Below are positions 47,501-56,729 of a DNA stretch of 64,000 nt, piece by piece. Numbering within the stretch: the first letter of the stretch is position 1; each line of letters begins with the position of its first letter. The position numbers and the translations under genes were made by a program. Where the stretch lies: the NCBI GenBank assembly GCA_009845855.1, contig VXYT01000101.1:14459-78458 (forward strand). The letters run 5' to 3'. The stretch is from Candidatus Palauibacter ramosifaciens. Lineage in GTDB: Bacteria > Gemmatimonadota > Gemmatimonadetes > Palauibacterales > Palauibacteraceae. Below the pieces are notes generated by a model. That model saw nothing but the letters and a program-made list of their open reading frames with translations, was not told the origin of the DNA and did not search any database.

Positions 47501-47732
47501 GCGTCCGGTCGTGATGACGGTGATGGCGATCACGGCCGGGCTGATGCCGATCCTGTGGAGTTCCGGCACGGGCGCGGACGTGATGAAGCGCATCGCGTCG
47601 CCTATGGTCGGGGGAATGATCTCGGCGACGGTACTCACGCTGCTCGTGATCCCGGCCATCTACCTGCTGTGGCGCCGATGGCAACTCCGCCGCATCGCGG
47701 ACGCGCCGCTACGGCCCGGTTCCCGGGCGTAA
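44595..47732 (+). CDS. cusA: Cu(I)/Ag(I) RND efflux pump
   Basis: LDAIPDLSDVQVIV, GPDATGVGW, AIGAMVDAAIV; three-Met site FMPTT / LDMFETT / WTMPIK. Confidence 0.95.
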   Translation: MIERVIAWSIRNRFLVLLGTAVILGAGLWSVRTTPLDAIPDLSDVQVIVQTDFAEQAPQIVEDQVTYPIASEMLKVPGARVVRAFSFFGLSLVYVIFEDGTDIYWARSRVLEYLNGIRRQLPENVEPVLGPDATGVGWVYEYTLESDSLNLAELRTLQDWYLRYQLTAVPGVAEVASLGGFVKQYQVEVNPERLRAFDIPVTRVSRAIGDHNIDIGARVLEMGGREYMIRGLGYLRGTLDIENVAVGSTPNGTPIRVADVATVQEGPAPRRGVADLNGRGEVVAGIVIMRFGSDALETIERVKERLDEINAGLPAGTRLRPAYDRSDLIHRAIDTLREKLVEESLIVAAVALVFLLHFRSALVAIVTLPLGILISFIVMRWIGVNANIMSLGGIAIAIGAMVDAAIVMVENMHKHLERAAPGTSRWDVVLASAKQVGPPLFFSLLIITFSFLPVFALEQQEGRLFRPLAFTKTFAMAGSAFLAITLVPVLMGYLVRGRIRRERANPVNRIMRWLYRPFLGFALRRPWLVVATAAGLLGATVLPWQRLGSEFMPPLHEGSILFMPTTVPGASIAQAREIMRYQDSVLATFPEVESVLGKAGRAETATDPAPLDMFETTITLRPRAEWRPGVTYAGLLSQMDEAVALPGVTNAWTMPIKGRIDMLATGVRTPVGIKIFGPDLDTLQALGEEAERIVREIPGTRSAFAERGVSGYYVDIDVDRPEAARYGLNVGDVHNAIMATVGGMNATVTVEGRERYAVNVRYPRELRDDLQNLREVLVPVPDGTQIPLGQVARVAAVQGPMAVKTENAFPVTTIFVDIEGVDIGSYVEAARRVVAAQLELPSGYSLVWSGQYEFMQRVQERLRVVIPVTLGIIFLLLYLNFRGVAESLIVMLALPFSLVGGIWFLWLLGYNTSVAVWVGFIALAGVAAETGVVMLIYLDEAFRRRRREGRIRTAADVAAAVREGALERLRPVVMTVMAITAGLMPILWSSGTGADVMKRIASPMVGGMISATVLTLLVIPAIYLLWRRWQLRRIADAPLRPGSRA

Positions 47733-47754
47733 CGGTCTGCCGGGCGGCGCGGCG

Positions 47755-48246
47755 TCAGTCGCCCGGCGGAGGGCCGAGCGGGCTCGGCTCGCAGTCCTCG
47801 GTCTCGCGGGTGTAGGCGATGCTGGAGATCTTCCAGCCGTCGCTCGTGTGCACGAGGCTGACCGCGTCGATGCCGCAGTGGCTGAACTGGCCGTCCACGT
47901 GGAAGTCGTACGGCGTCCACACGACGGCGATCGGACCCTCGATCATCACGTGCGGGTCCCACATCCGTTCGAGCAGCGCGGGGCCCGGCTGACCGATCGA
48001 GGCGGCGAAGTCGGCGCCGGTGCTCTCCCGGACCTGGACGCCATCCGGCGTCTCCGCCGTGGCCACGAAGGTGGCGCCCTCGGTCAGGAGGTTGCGGATC
48101 GCGTCGCCGTCGCGGGCGGCCATGGCGTCGAAGAGGGCCTGCACGGTCGCGACCGCCCCGGCTTCGGCGTCATCCTGTGCGTCGGCAACCGCGGGCGCGA
48201 CGAGGATCGCGGCGGTGAGCAGCAAGGTCACTCGGAACTTTCTCAT
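47755..48246 (-). CDS. Secreted NTF2-like (SnoaL/DUF4440-like) protein
   Basis: Signal peptide; AVVWTPYDF..FSHCG.DA.SL...GWKI. Confidence 0.8.
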   Translation of the reverse strand: MRKFRVTLLLTAAILVAPAVADAQDDAEAGAVATVQALFDAMAARDGDAIRNLLTEGATFVATAETPDGVQVRESTGADFAASIGQPGPALLERMWDPHVMIEGPIAVVWTPYDFHVDGQFSHCGIDAVSLVHTSDGWKISSIAYTRETEDCEPSPLGPPPGD

Positions 48247-48312
48247 GGGATTCTCCCGATTCCTGTGGTCGGTCGTCCTTCGTCCGGTTGGTCGTCCATG
48301 GCGTCCGGACAC

Positions 48313-50103
48313 TCAGTACGCGGTCGTGCGAAACACCGGCTGAAAGAGTCGGGTGCGGTGTGCGCAGACCGGATCCGCCGGGCACGCCGCGCAGTCCGGT
48401 TCCGTCATCTCGGGGCAGCGCGTCCGGTTCTGAAAGAAGAACCAGTCCACACCCCCCATGGAGCGCCCGCTCAGACGCCGGATCTCCCCGACCGCCTCGT
48501 AGCAGGCGGCGCGCACGGCCTCCTCCACTTCGTCGCTCACAACCTCCCGCCTGGCGAGCTTCGCGGCCAGCGTCTCGTCGTCCACCGATACGACGCCGAG
48601 CCGGAGGCAACTGCGCTGGCAGTGGTAGTCGACGATGGGCGGCACGTCTTCCCCCTCCCCGAATCGCAGGAAGCGCTCCGGCCGCTGGCTGAGGATCGCC
48701 GCGAGCAGGGCGGACTTCTTCCGCCACGGATCCTCCCTGTATCCGCCGACCGCATCGAGGCGCGCGAGAAAGCGCGCGAGGGGCCGCTCCGCGGCGTTCG
48801 CTTCGGCCAGGAGCGATGCTGGGGTCAGTCCGAGACCCCGCATGGCGCGACCGTAGGCCCGCGCACACGCCGGGTGGAGGGGGCCGGCCGGGAGCGGGTT
48901 GCGTCCTCCGTCGGCTCGCAGTCGGCGATCGAACTTCGCGTCGTCGAGAGCGGCCTGTCCAACGGGAGTGAGTTCGTCCGGTGCCTCGCGGGTCCAGCGC
49001 AGGTAGGCGGCCCACAGGTAGTCGCTCCCCTTAAGGGCCCGGCCCCCCAGCGAGGCGATCATGGGTGCCTCGTAGCGGGCTGCGCGCTCCTGCCAGAAAC
49101 CGAATTGCTGCACGGTGCCGGCGAAGAAGAAATCGAGCGCCGTCGGATCGCCGGGTTCGGGGAAATCCGGGCCGGTGAAGTCGAACGCCGCCGCCTCCGG
49201 AGCCGAGGCGATGACGCCGGCCACGCGCCGGATCCGATCCGCGTCGAGGCGGACCCGAGCGTCCCGCGGCGGCGCCGCCGGCGGGCTGTCCGAGAGGAGC
49301 GGCGCGGGACCGATGCCCGTCACCGTGTGCGCGGCGCAGGCCGTCGCCACGCGCGCGGCGATGGCGGGATGGTCCCCGGCCGCGAGTCGGGCCAGCGCCG
49401 TCCCGCAGAAGGTGTCCCCGGCACCCGTCGGATCCACCTCCTCGACCTCGGGGGCGGGGACGTCGATCGCGTGATCGCCCAGGACGGCACGAGCCCCGCG
49501 CGGCCCCCGGGTGACGAAGAAGGCGCGCCCCGGCGCGACCGCCACCTCATCGAGCGACCCGAACAGGAGACCGGCCTCCTCCTCGTTGCAGAAGAAGTAG
49601 TGGGACGCCTCCACCACCCGCGCGACGATCTCACGGTGCGCGCGGATCCCCGGCGCATAGGTCCCGCACCCGACGCGCACGCCCGCCGCGGACAGCCGGC
49701 GCGCGAACCCCAACTGCAGCTCCGGGTCGAGGAGGGGGACGACGTACGCGAAGGCCCCCGGCCCCGCGTCCGGGATGTCGCCGTAGCGGATGTCCCCCTC
49801 GGAACCGCGCACCGCCCGGCGGTACTCGGTCCGGCCGTCGGGGAAGTATTCGATCTCGAAGTGGGGGAGCGCGGCGGGCGGCACCGGAGGTCCCCGCCAG
49901 TCGAGGAGGCGGTCCGCCGGCTCGAGCTCCGCCGGCATGGGATCGGGCCGCGGCGCGACGACCGTGACTTCGGCCCCGGCCCGCTGTGCGGCGAGTGCTG
50001 TGTAGAGTCCCGCGCCCCCGGCGGACCGCACGGAGCGGCCCCCGAGGTGCAGGAGGTCCAGAGAGGGGCTCCCGACCACGAGGAGCCGTGGCCGGGCGCT
50101 CAC
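48313..50103 (-). CDS. PfkB-family kinase fused to a queuosine-salvage (DUF2419/Qng1)-like domain with C-terminal 4-Cys motif
   Basis: N-half: AGGAG, NEEEA, VTRGPRGA, DPTGAGDTF. C-half: QFGFW, KKSALL, IVDYH.QR..LRLG, EEAVRAA, VDWFFF, then CX7CX2CX5C. Confidence 0.8.
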   Translation of the reverse strand: MSARPRLLVVGSPSLDLLHLGGRSVRSAGGAGLYTALAAQRAGAEVTVVAPRPDPMPAELEPADRLLDWRGPPVPPAALPHFEIEYFPDGRTEYRRAVRGSEGDIRYGDIPDAGPGAFAYVVPLLDPELQLGFARRLSAAGVRVGCGTYAPGIRAHREIVARVVEASHYFFCNEEEAGLLFGSLDEVAVAPGRAFFVTRGPRGARAVLGDHAIDVPAPEVEEVDPTGAGDTFCGTALARLAAGDHPAIAARVATACAAHTVTGIGPAPLLSDSPPAAPPRDARVRLDADRIRRVAGVIASAPEAAAFDFTGPDFPEPGDPTALDFFFAGTVQQFGFWQERAARYEAPMIASLGGRALKGSDYLWAAYLRWTREAPDELTPVGQAALDDAKFDRRLRADGGRNPLPAGPLHPACARAYGRAMRGLGLTPASLLAEANAAERPLARFLARLDAVGGYREDPWRKKSALLAAILSQRPERFLRFGEGEDVPPIVDYHCQRSCLRLGVVSVDDETLAAKLARREVVSDEVEEAVRAACYEAVGEIRRLSGRSMGGVDWFFFQNRTRCPEMTEPDCAACPADPVCAHRTRLFQPVFRTTAY

Positions 50104-50113
50104 GTCGCCGGCG

Positions 50114-51490
50114 TCAGTCGCCCTGCTGCTGATCCGTCGTGATGCGCCCGGCCGCGCCGGCGGGCCCGTTGTCCCAGTCCTGGGCGCTGGAGATGTTCGG
50201 TACGCCCCAGTCGTCGCCGTTCCACCCCTGGAAGCCCTCCATCCGGAAGGTCCAGAGGCCCGTCGTCATGTCGCTCACGACGATGAGCCCGTCCTCATTT
50301 CGGATGTCGACCCCGAACGTGCCGTTGAACACGGGCGTCCGATCCACGTTCGGCGGCCCCAGATAGGTGTCGTAGTGGCCCACCGTGATCGGGTTTTCCG
50401 GGTCCATCATGTTGAACACGACGAGCCCGTCCAGGTAGCCGGACACGAACACGAGCGGCCAGCGCACCTCATGGTTGTGGACGAGGTTCTTCCAGTTCGC
50501 CGTCCACGCCGCGATCGGGCGGTTGATGGCCGACACCTCGCCGTTCAGCCCCGGCCTGAGATCGAAGATCCGGAGCGGCGCGTACTGATACTCCGTCTCA
50601 GCGATCGCGAAGTTGCCGTCCGGCGTGGGCGTGAACGTATGCCCGCTGCGAACCCCGGAGACTCCGACGATCTGCGTCAGAAGTTCGGGATTCCCGAGGT
50701 CCGTCACGTCGTAGATGTAGTAGCCGCCGGTGCCGCCGCCATAGAAGCGGTCCGTCCCCGTTTCCGGGTGATAGCCGAGATAGAAATCGTGGTATCCGCG
50801 CCGCCGGTTCCCCGTCATCCCCTGATCCGGCACCGGGATCTGCGCCACCATCTCATCGCCCCGCCCCTCGACGAGCGCGCCGAGGTCGTAGACGGCCGCG
50901 TACGGTCCCGAGACCGTGGCGACGAGGTAGACGTTCATGTTGGAGTGCTTGTAGATGAAGATGTTGTGGAAGCCGCCCGGAAGGTCGGGTTCCCTGATGC
51001 GGGCCACCTCACGCACCGTGGAGGCGTCCGGCAGTCCCGTGACGTCGAGGACGACCGCCCCCATGTCGGAGTCCGGGCCTCCCTGGCCGAACTGGAGCGA
51101 TTGCACGACGTAGTAGCGGTCGCCCCACTTGAAGTGCTTCACGTCCATCCCGCCGGTGCGCTGGTGGAGGTCCTGGTCCTCGATCCGCCACTCGTAGAGC
51201 ACTTCGGGGTGCTCCGGGTCCTCGATCGAGACGATATCCAGCCCCTTCGGACCGACCGGCCCGTACTGCATGCGCGCCACGTACGCGTACGGCCGGTGCA
51301 TCTCCTGCTCGATGTCCATGTCTGCGATGCTGAGCCGCGGGCCGAGCGGGACGTGTCCGAGCACTTCCATGTTCCGGCTGCCGCGCTCCACGACATCGAT
51401 CGCCTGGGCGCCGAGGGCCGTCGGGGCGACGAAGCCCGCTCCGAGCGCGACGACCGCGAAGAGCGTCAGGGTCCGATTTCCAACCTTCAT
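50114..51490 (-). CDS. Secreted LVIVD repeat beta-propeller protein
   Basis: Signal peptide; IVSIEDPEHP, VLDVTGLP, IYDVTDLGNP; GFHN, GYHD, VHNHE. Confidence 0.8.
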   Translation of the reverse strand: MKVGNRTLTLFAVVALGAGFVAPTALGAQAIDVVERGSRNMEVLGHVPLGPRLSIADMDIEQEMHRPYAYVARMQYGPVGPKGLDIVSIEDPEHPEVLYEWRIEDQDLHQRTGGMDVKHFKWGDRYYVVQSLQFGQGGPDSDMGAVVLDVTGLPDASTVREVARIREPDLPGGFHNIFIYKHSNMNVYLVATVSGPYAAVYDLGALVEGRGDEMVAQIPVPDQGMTGNRRRGYHDFYLGYHPETGTDRFYGGGTGGYYIYDVTDLGNPELLTQIVGVSGVRSGHTFTPTPDGNFAIAETEYQYAPLRIFDLRPGLNGEVSAINRPIAAWTANWKNLVHNHEVRWPLVFVSGYLDGLVVFNMMDPENPITVGHYDTYLGPPNVDRTPVFNGTFGVDIRNEDGLIVVSDMTTGLWTFRMEGFQGWNGDDWGVPNISSAQDWDNGPAGAAGRITTDQQQGD

Positions 51491-51551
51491 TCTTTCCTCC
51501 GTTTTCAAGCGGCGCGCCCCGCGGCGAGCCGGGATCGGCGCGGCGGTGCGG

Positions 51552-53285
51552 CTAGCCGGGATCCACCGTGAACACCATGGACATCCCGGCCTCCAGATGC
51601 TCCGCAATATGGCAGTGCGCCATCCAGCGGCCAGAGTTGGAGGCCTCGAGCAGGATGTCGAACGTCGACCCGACCGGGATCACGACCGTGTCCTTCCAGG
51701 CGAGATTGTCCGACGGCACCCCGTCCCTGGAAAGGATCAGGAAGCGTTGCCCGTGGAAGTGGATCGGGTGCTGCATGGGGTGGAACGAGCGGCGCTGGTT
51801 GTGGATGCGGATCTTGCGGACGGCCCCCTCCGTGAAGCGCCAGTCGATGTCCCCGTTCTCCTTCCCCGTGTGTGCGTCGCGCATGATCCAGATCAGGTTC
51901 TCCGACGTCGACAGGTAGTTCATCATCGGCATTGCATCCGTCCATTCGACGGGCGGGAAGTAGAGGGTGTCGATCGCCATCACCGCGACGATGTCGCTGG
52001 GCAGGTCGCCCACGCGTGCCGTGAGTTCGAGTTCGTGGTCGATGGGCCGACCGAACTCGGCGCGGTAGCGGTCGATGTCCTCGATCACGTCGGCGTGTTC
52101 GCGCAGGGTGGAGAACGCTTCCCCGTGGTCCTCCGCCACCGGTTCGTCGAGGACGGTGACGATCCCGAGCGTGTCCGTCTGCGGATAGAAGCGACCGTTG
52201 AAGTGGTCGATGGCCTGGATCGGGTTGAGGAGCGCGTACGTGCCGGGCTCGTCGAAACGCGCGTCGACGATGTACCGCTGGGCGGGGGCGAGGACGATGT
52301 TGGAGACGAAGCTCTCGCGCTCGAACTTGCTCACGTCGGCGCCCACCAGCTTCAGCTCCGCGCCCTCGAGGACGAGGTTGAAGGTGCGCGTGTTCGCGAC
52401 GTTCGTGAGATAGAGCCGGCGCACCTCGCCGCGGCGGACCGTCGCCTCCCAGCGGGGCTCGCCGTTCACGAGCAACTGGTTCCCGAAGCGGCCCATCAGC
52501 GTCTGGATGGCGGCTTCGCGTCCCCAGGGGAAGAGTCCGCCCTCGTCGACGAGCAGGTCGTCGAGCATGAGGAAGTCCTCTCCGTTCGCCGGGCCGTAGT
52601 AATCCGCGGCGGGTGCGTCGACGAGCATGTTCCCGTACAGGCCGAGGTCCTGCTGGATGTCCTCGCGGTGGTGCGGGTGGTACCAGTACAGGCCGGCGTC
52701 GGGAAAATGGACCCGGTACATGAACGACTCGCCCGGTTCGACCGGGTCCTGGGTGACGCCGGGGACGCCGTCGAACTCGTTCTCAAGTCGCAGACCGTGC
52801 CAATGGACCGCCGTGGGCAGGTCGATGTGGTTCGTGAACAGGACGATGATCTCCGCGCCCTGCGGGACGCGGATGAGGGGCCCGGGGTACTGCCCGTTGA
52901 AGCCGTACATCGTGAAGGTCCGCATCCCGATCGTGCGCCGGACGAACCCGGCCTTGAGGCGGAGCGTGTCGCCGTCGGCCATCTCCACGACCTCGCGGAA
53001 GACCGCCTCCGGGAGCATCGCGGGGTCGTGGCCGGCGTCGGGCAGGTACGGAGTCACTCCGGGGACGGCGCCCATCAGGCCCGGAAGCATCATCGGCATC
53101 GGGATCGGCTGCGGCGGCATGCGCCAAACGGCCCCCATGCTGTCCGTCGCCATCATGTGGCCCGCGTGCTGCTGCCCCGATGCCGGTGCGCCGGTCAGCC
53201 ACAACAGCGCCTGGAAGGCCGCTCCGGCGGCAACGCGACGGGCCATCCGCCCGCCCGGTCTGCTCTTCCTACCGCGCGGCATCAC
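51552..53285 (-). CDS. Three-domain multicopper oxidase with Met-rich N-terminus
   Basis: VHWHG, YWYHPH, HPIHFHG, WMAHCHIAEHLEAGM. Start may be 53246. Confidence 0.92.
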   Translation of the reverse strand: MMPRGRKSRPGGRMARRVAAGAAFQALLWLTGAPASGQQHAGHMMATDSMGAVWRMPPQPIPMPMMLPGLMGAVPGVTPYLPDAGHDPAMLPEAVFREVVEMADGDTLRLKAGFVRRTIGMRTFTMYGFNGQYPGPLIRVPQGAEIIVLFTNHIDLPTAVHWHGLRLENEFDGVPGVTQDPVEPGESFMYRVHFPDAGLYWYHPHHREDIQQDLGLYGNMLVDAPAADYYGPANGEDFLMLDDLLVDEGGLFPWGREAAIQTLMGRFGNQLLVNGEPRWEATVRRGEVRRLYLTNVANTRTFNLVLEGAELKLVGADVSKFERESFVSNIVLAPAQRYIVDARFDEPGTYALLNPIQAIDHFNGRFYPQTDTLGIVTVLDEPVAEDHGEAFSTLREHADVIEDIDRYRAEFGRPIDHELELTARVGDLPSDIVAVMAIDTLYFPPVEWTDAMPMMNYLSTSENLIWIMRDAHTGKENGDIDWRFTEGAVRKIRIHNQRRSFHPMQHPIHFHGQRFLILSRDGVPSDNLAWKDTVVIPVGSTFDILLEASNSGRWMAHCHIAEHLEAGMSMVFTVDPG

Positions 53286-53312
53286 GGTCCCGGCCGGCTC
53301 GCTATCGCCGAC

Positions 53313-53906
53313 TCAGAAGTAGAGCTGGCAGTTCATGGCCTCGAACGGGCCGTGCCCGGCCATCGTGTGCAGCCGGCCGGAAGGCGAGAGGCCGGTGAGG
53401 ACGATCGGGCCCTGCCAGCGCTCGATGTCGGTCGACGCCTCCTCGCTCACGAACACGAGGAACTGGTTCCACGCGATCCGCGCCGCGAGCCGGTTCTCCT
53501 CGCCGAGCGTGCCGAGCTGCATCCATTCGTCGAGTTCGGGCTTCGCGGCCCACGCGACGTACACCGCCCCGCCGCGGCGCCGCAGCCGGTCGACCTGGAT
53601 CTCGATGTCGAACGTCTGAAAGCCGCTGTCGTCCACGGTGATCTCGAACGGCGAGCCGGGCTGCGTGAGCGTCATCGACCCGCGGTTCCCGGGCGCACTC
53701 TGCGTGCCCGACAGACGAACCACTTCCGGGGTGACGAGACAGGCGTCGCCTCGCGGCGTCGCGACGACCCACGGCGCTGCCCCCTCCGGAGCCGGGATGC
53801 CGCTCGGGTCGGCGGCACGTGCCTCGCCCGACACGGGCGAGCCGAGGGAGATCGCGAGGACGGCGGCAGCGCCGATCGCGCCGGCGGACGGTTTCATGCT
53901 CGTCAT
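53313..53906 (-). CDS. Secreted hypothetical protein upstream of the MCO
   Basis: Signal peptide; YVAWAAKPEL; C-terminal HTMAGH possible metal site. Confidence 0.65.
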   Translation of the reverse strand: MTSMKPSAGAIGAAAVLAISLGSPVSGEARAADPSGIPAPEGAAPWVVATPRGDACLVTPEVVRLSGTQSAPGNRGSMTLTQPGSPFEITVDDSGFQTFDIEIQVDRLRRRGGAVYVAWAAKPELDEWMQLGTLGEENRLAARIAWNQFLVFVSEEASTDIERWQGPIVLTGLSPSGRLHTMAGHGPFEAMNCQLYF

Positions 53907-53960
53907 GCTCGAAAGGTCGATTCCGACGCCCCGCCTTGCAAGCACCGCGCGGCCGGGCTG

Positions 53961-54482
53961 CTAGTCCGCGTCCGGGTCGGACTCCTCCACGACGATCTCC
54001 CGTCCTCTTCCCGAGCGTGTACTCGGCGGGTTGGGCCCGCGAGCCCCGGCGCGCGTCCCGAAATCTCCATGGAGTCCGGAGAATCCGCCGGGGTCGCGCA
54101 CCACACGGATCGTGCCGCCGGCCACCTGCCGGCCGAGCCAGTCCCGGACGCGGGCGATGAGGCGCCGCCTCACCGGCGGGACCAGCAGTAGGATGCCGGC
54201 GATGTCGGTGAGGACGCCCGGGGTGATGAGGACGACCCCCGCAGCGAGAATCAGCAGCGCATGGACGAGCGACTCGCCCGGAAGCTGGCCGCCCTGGAGC
54301 TCGTCGCGGACGGCCAGCCAGCCACGCAGACCTTCGCGCCGCGCGAGCCAGGCGCCGGCGAACCCCGTGCCCATGACGAGCAGAAGCGTAGGCCCGAGCC
54401 CCAGCAGACCCCCGATTTGAATGAGGAGCGCAAGCTCCACGACGGGCACGATCGTGAACAGCAGGAACAGCCGCAGAAGCAT
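53961..54482 (-). CDS. fxsA: FxsA family membrane protein
   Basis: LFTIVPVVELALLI, LARREG, LITPGVLTD. Confidence 0.9.
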   Translation of the reverse strand: MLLRLFLLFTIVPVVELALLIQIGGLLGLGPTLLLVMGTGFAGAWLARREGLRGWLAVRDELQGGQLPGESLVHALLILAAGVVLITPGVLTDIAGILLLVPPVRRRLIARVRDWLGRQVAGGTIRVVRDPGGFSGLHGDFGTRAGARGPNPPSTRSGRGREIVVEESDPDAD

Positions 54483-54518
54483 GGTCAGAACCGCGGGGCC
54501 GTCAGAATCCGAACGCCG

Positions 54519-54896
54519 TCAGAAGCCCATCATCGCCCGCACGGCCGGGTCGATCCTCTCGGGCGTCCAGAAGGGCTTCCACACGAGGCTCACCACCGCC
54601 TCCTCCACCCCGTCCACGGATTCCGCCGCGTCCTTCGCGCCTCCGAGAATCTGACCGCCCGCCGGGCAGCCGGGGCTCGTCAGCGTCATCGTGACCTTCG
54701 CCTCGCCCTCTTCGACCTCGACATCGTACACGAGCCCGAGATCCACGATGTTGATGCCGAGTTCGGGATCCGTCACGGAGCGAAGCGCGGTCCGTACCTG
54801 CTCCTCGATCTCGGGCGTCGCCCCGGACGCCTCGTCGGCCGAGCCCATGCCGTCCATCGGATCCCTCGTATCGTTCGCTTCCATCTGTTTCGTCAC
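54519..54896 (-). CDS. Metal-sulfur cluster assembly factor (DUF59/SufT-like)
   Basis: DPELGINIVDLGLVY, MTLTSPGCP, WKPFW. Confidence 0.9.
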   Translation of the reverse strand: MTKQMEANDTRDPMDGMGSADEASGATPEIEEQVRTALRSVTDPELGINIVDLGLVYDVEVEEGEAKVTMTLTSPGCPAGGQILGGAKDAAESVDGVEEAVVSLVWKPFWTPERIDPAVRAMMGF

Positions 54897-54957
54897 CTTT
54901 CGACGGTTTTCCTCACCCGAACCTCCGTCCGACTCCCCCGCCTCCCGAACGCTTCGC

Positions 54958-56193
54958 CTATCCCACCAGCTCGCCGGGGCGCACGCCCGGCTTCTCGAAT
55001 TCCTTCAACAGATCCTCGACCGTGGGACGCGCGCGCACCAGCGCCCGGCAGTCCTCCATTGCGCCGGTCGCGTTGATCAGGATCGTGCCGGTGAGCCGGT
55101 TGTCCGTCACGCAGTACACGATCGAGCGGCCGGAGCCGAGTTCGCCGGAGACGATCGTGCGGTCCACCTCGGCCGTCTCTCCGAACACATTGATGCTCAG
55201 GTCGAACACGTGCGTGAAGAAATAGGACAGGTGGTCGAAGGTCTCCCGGGCGCCGGCCATGTTGCGGCCCGCGTGGCGTCCATGCGCGCGGGCGTGGTCC
55301 CAGTGCTCGAGGCGCGACAGCCCGCCTCCCGCGGGGTCCGGGAAGCGGGCCACGTCGCCCGCCGCGTAGATGTGGGCAGCCGTCGTTTCCGCGAACCCGT
55401 CCACCACGATCCCGTTCTGGACCGCGAGGCCGGACCGGGCGCCGAGTTCATCGTTCGGCGACATCCCGACGCCCAGGATCGCGAGGTCGGCGGAAATCTC
55501 CTCGCCGCTGTCGAGCACGACCCGCGAAAGGCGTCCCTCGCCTTCGAAGGCGACCACGCTCGATCCCATCATGAAGCGCACGCCCCGCTCCTCGAAGTAG
55601 CGGCGGAGGAAACCCGCGATCGTCTCGGGGAAGACCCGCGCCCAGACGCGCGGCTCCACCTCGACGACGATCGCATCGACGTCGAACTTCGACAGCGATG
55701 AGGCCAGTTCCATCCCGATGAAGCCGGCGCCGACGAGCACGACGCGCGACGCCCCGCGGGCCATCTCGCGGAGTTGCTCGGAGTCGGCGGCCGTGCGCAG
55801 CGTCGACACGCCGGCAAGGTGGCTTCCGGGCACCTCGAGCCGCTTCGCCCGCCCGCCCGTGGCGATCAGGATTCGGCCGCCTCGAATCGCGTCGCCCGCG
55901 GCCGTGTGGACGGTCATGGAGCGCGCATCCAGACGCTTCACCGGCGCGTCCGTGAACAGCTTGAGTCCGTTCGCCCGCTCCTCGAACCAGCGCGCGGGCT
56001 TCACGTGCAGCAGGGTCCGCGGCGCCCCCTCCGCCTGCAGGAACTCCTTCGACAGGGGAGGCCGGTGATAGGGAGGGTCCAGCTCCTCGGCGAACATGGC
56101 GATCGAGCCTTCACGGTCGATCTCCCGGATCCCGTCCACCGCCGAGACCGCCGCGAGGCCGCCCCCCACGATGACGTAGTCGAAGGTCCGCAT
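54958..56193 (-). CDS. FAD/NAD(P)-dependent ferredoxin reductase-like oxidoreductase
   Basis: GGGLAA, PYHRPPLSK, IATGG, GAGFIGMELA, IYAAGDVA, RLEHW. Confidence 0.9.
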   Translation of the reverse strand: MRTFDYVIVGGGLAAVSAVDGIREIDREGSIAMFAEELDPPYHRPPLSKEFLQAEGAPRTLLHVKPARWFEERANGLKLFTDAPVKRLDARSMTVHTAAGDAIRGGRILIATGGRAKRLEVPGSHLAGVSTLRTAADSEQLREMARGASRVVLVGAGFIGMELASSLSKFDVDAIVVEVEPRVWARVFPETIAGFLRRYFEERGVRFMMGSSVVAFEGEGRLSRVVLDSGEEISADLAILGVGMSPNDELGARSGLAVQNGIVVDGFAETTAAHIYAAGDVARFPDPAGGGLSRLEHWDHARAHGRHAGRNMAGARETFDHLSYFFTHVFDLSINVFGETAEVDRTIVSGELGSGRSIVYCVTDNRLTGTILINATGAMEDCRALVRARPTVEDLLKEFEKPGVRPGELVG

Positions 56194-56199
56194 CTGTCG

Positions 56200-56724
56200 T
56201 CAGCTCCCGCCGTCTTCGGCCGACTGGTCGTGGACGATGAGCCAGGCCCCTTCCACGTTCAGCAGGACGAGCGTGAACGGTCCGGTCGATGTGACCGTCC
56301 CCTCGCGTTCGAGAACGTAGCGCGCCGTCGCGACGCCGACCCGCTCGTCCACCTCCCGGACCCGCAGGCCCTCGAAGCGGAGGCTGTCCCGCGCCGCGCC
56401 CTGCGCGAATCCCGGGGCGTATCGCTCCCGAATCCCGTCGTAGCCCTCGATGAGTCCCGTCGATCCGATATAGGTCGTCGTCGGAGATGGGGAGTAGGCG
56501 CTCATGAAGCCCTCGAGGTCGCCCCCGTTCCACGCGGCCGCCTGCCGGTCGAGCAGGGAGGCGACCTGCTCGGCGAGATCGGGCCCCTCGTCCGTCGGCG
56601 GAGCGCCGTTGTTGTCCAGCCGCTCGACGCGGCAGCCCGCCATCGCGAGTCCGGCCACGAAGACGGCCACCGTCGCCGCCTGGAACCCCGAACTCCCCCT
56701 TCCGCTTGATCGGTTTCGGGCCAT
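56200..56724 (-). CDS. DUF4440/YybH NTF2-like lipoprotein
   Basis: LAMAGC lipobox; AWNGGDLEGFM, G.FTLV...W.IVHDQS. Confidence 0.8.
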   Translation of the reverse strand: MARNRSSGRGSSGFQAATVAVFVAGLAMAGCRVERLDNNGAPPTDEGPDLAEQVASLLDRQAAAWNGGDLEGFMSAYSPSPTTTYIGSTGLIEGYDGIRERYAPGFAQGAARDSLRFEGLRVREVDERVGVATARYVLEREGTVTSTGPFTLVLLNVEGAWLIVHDQSAEDGGS

Positions 56725-56729
56725 TCGTC

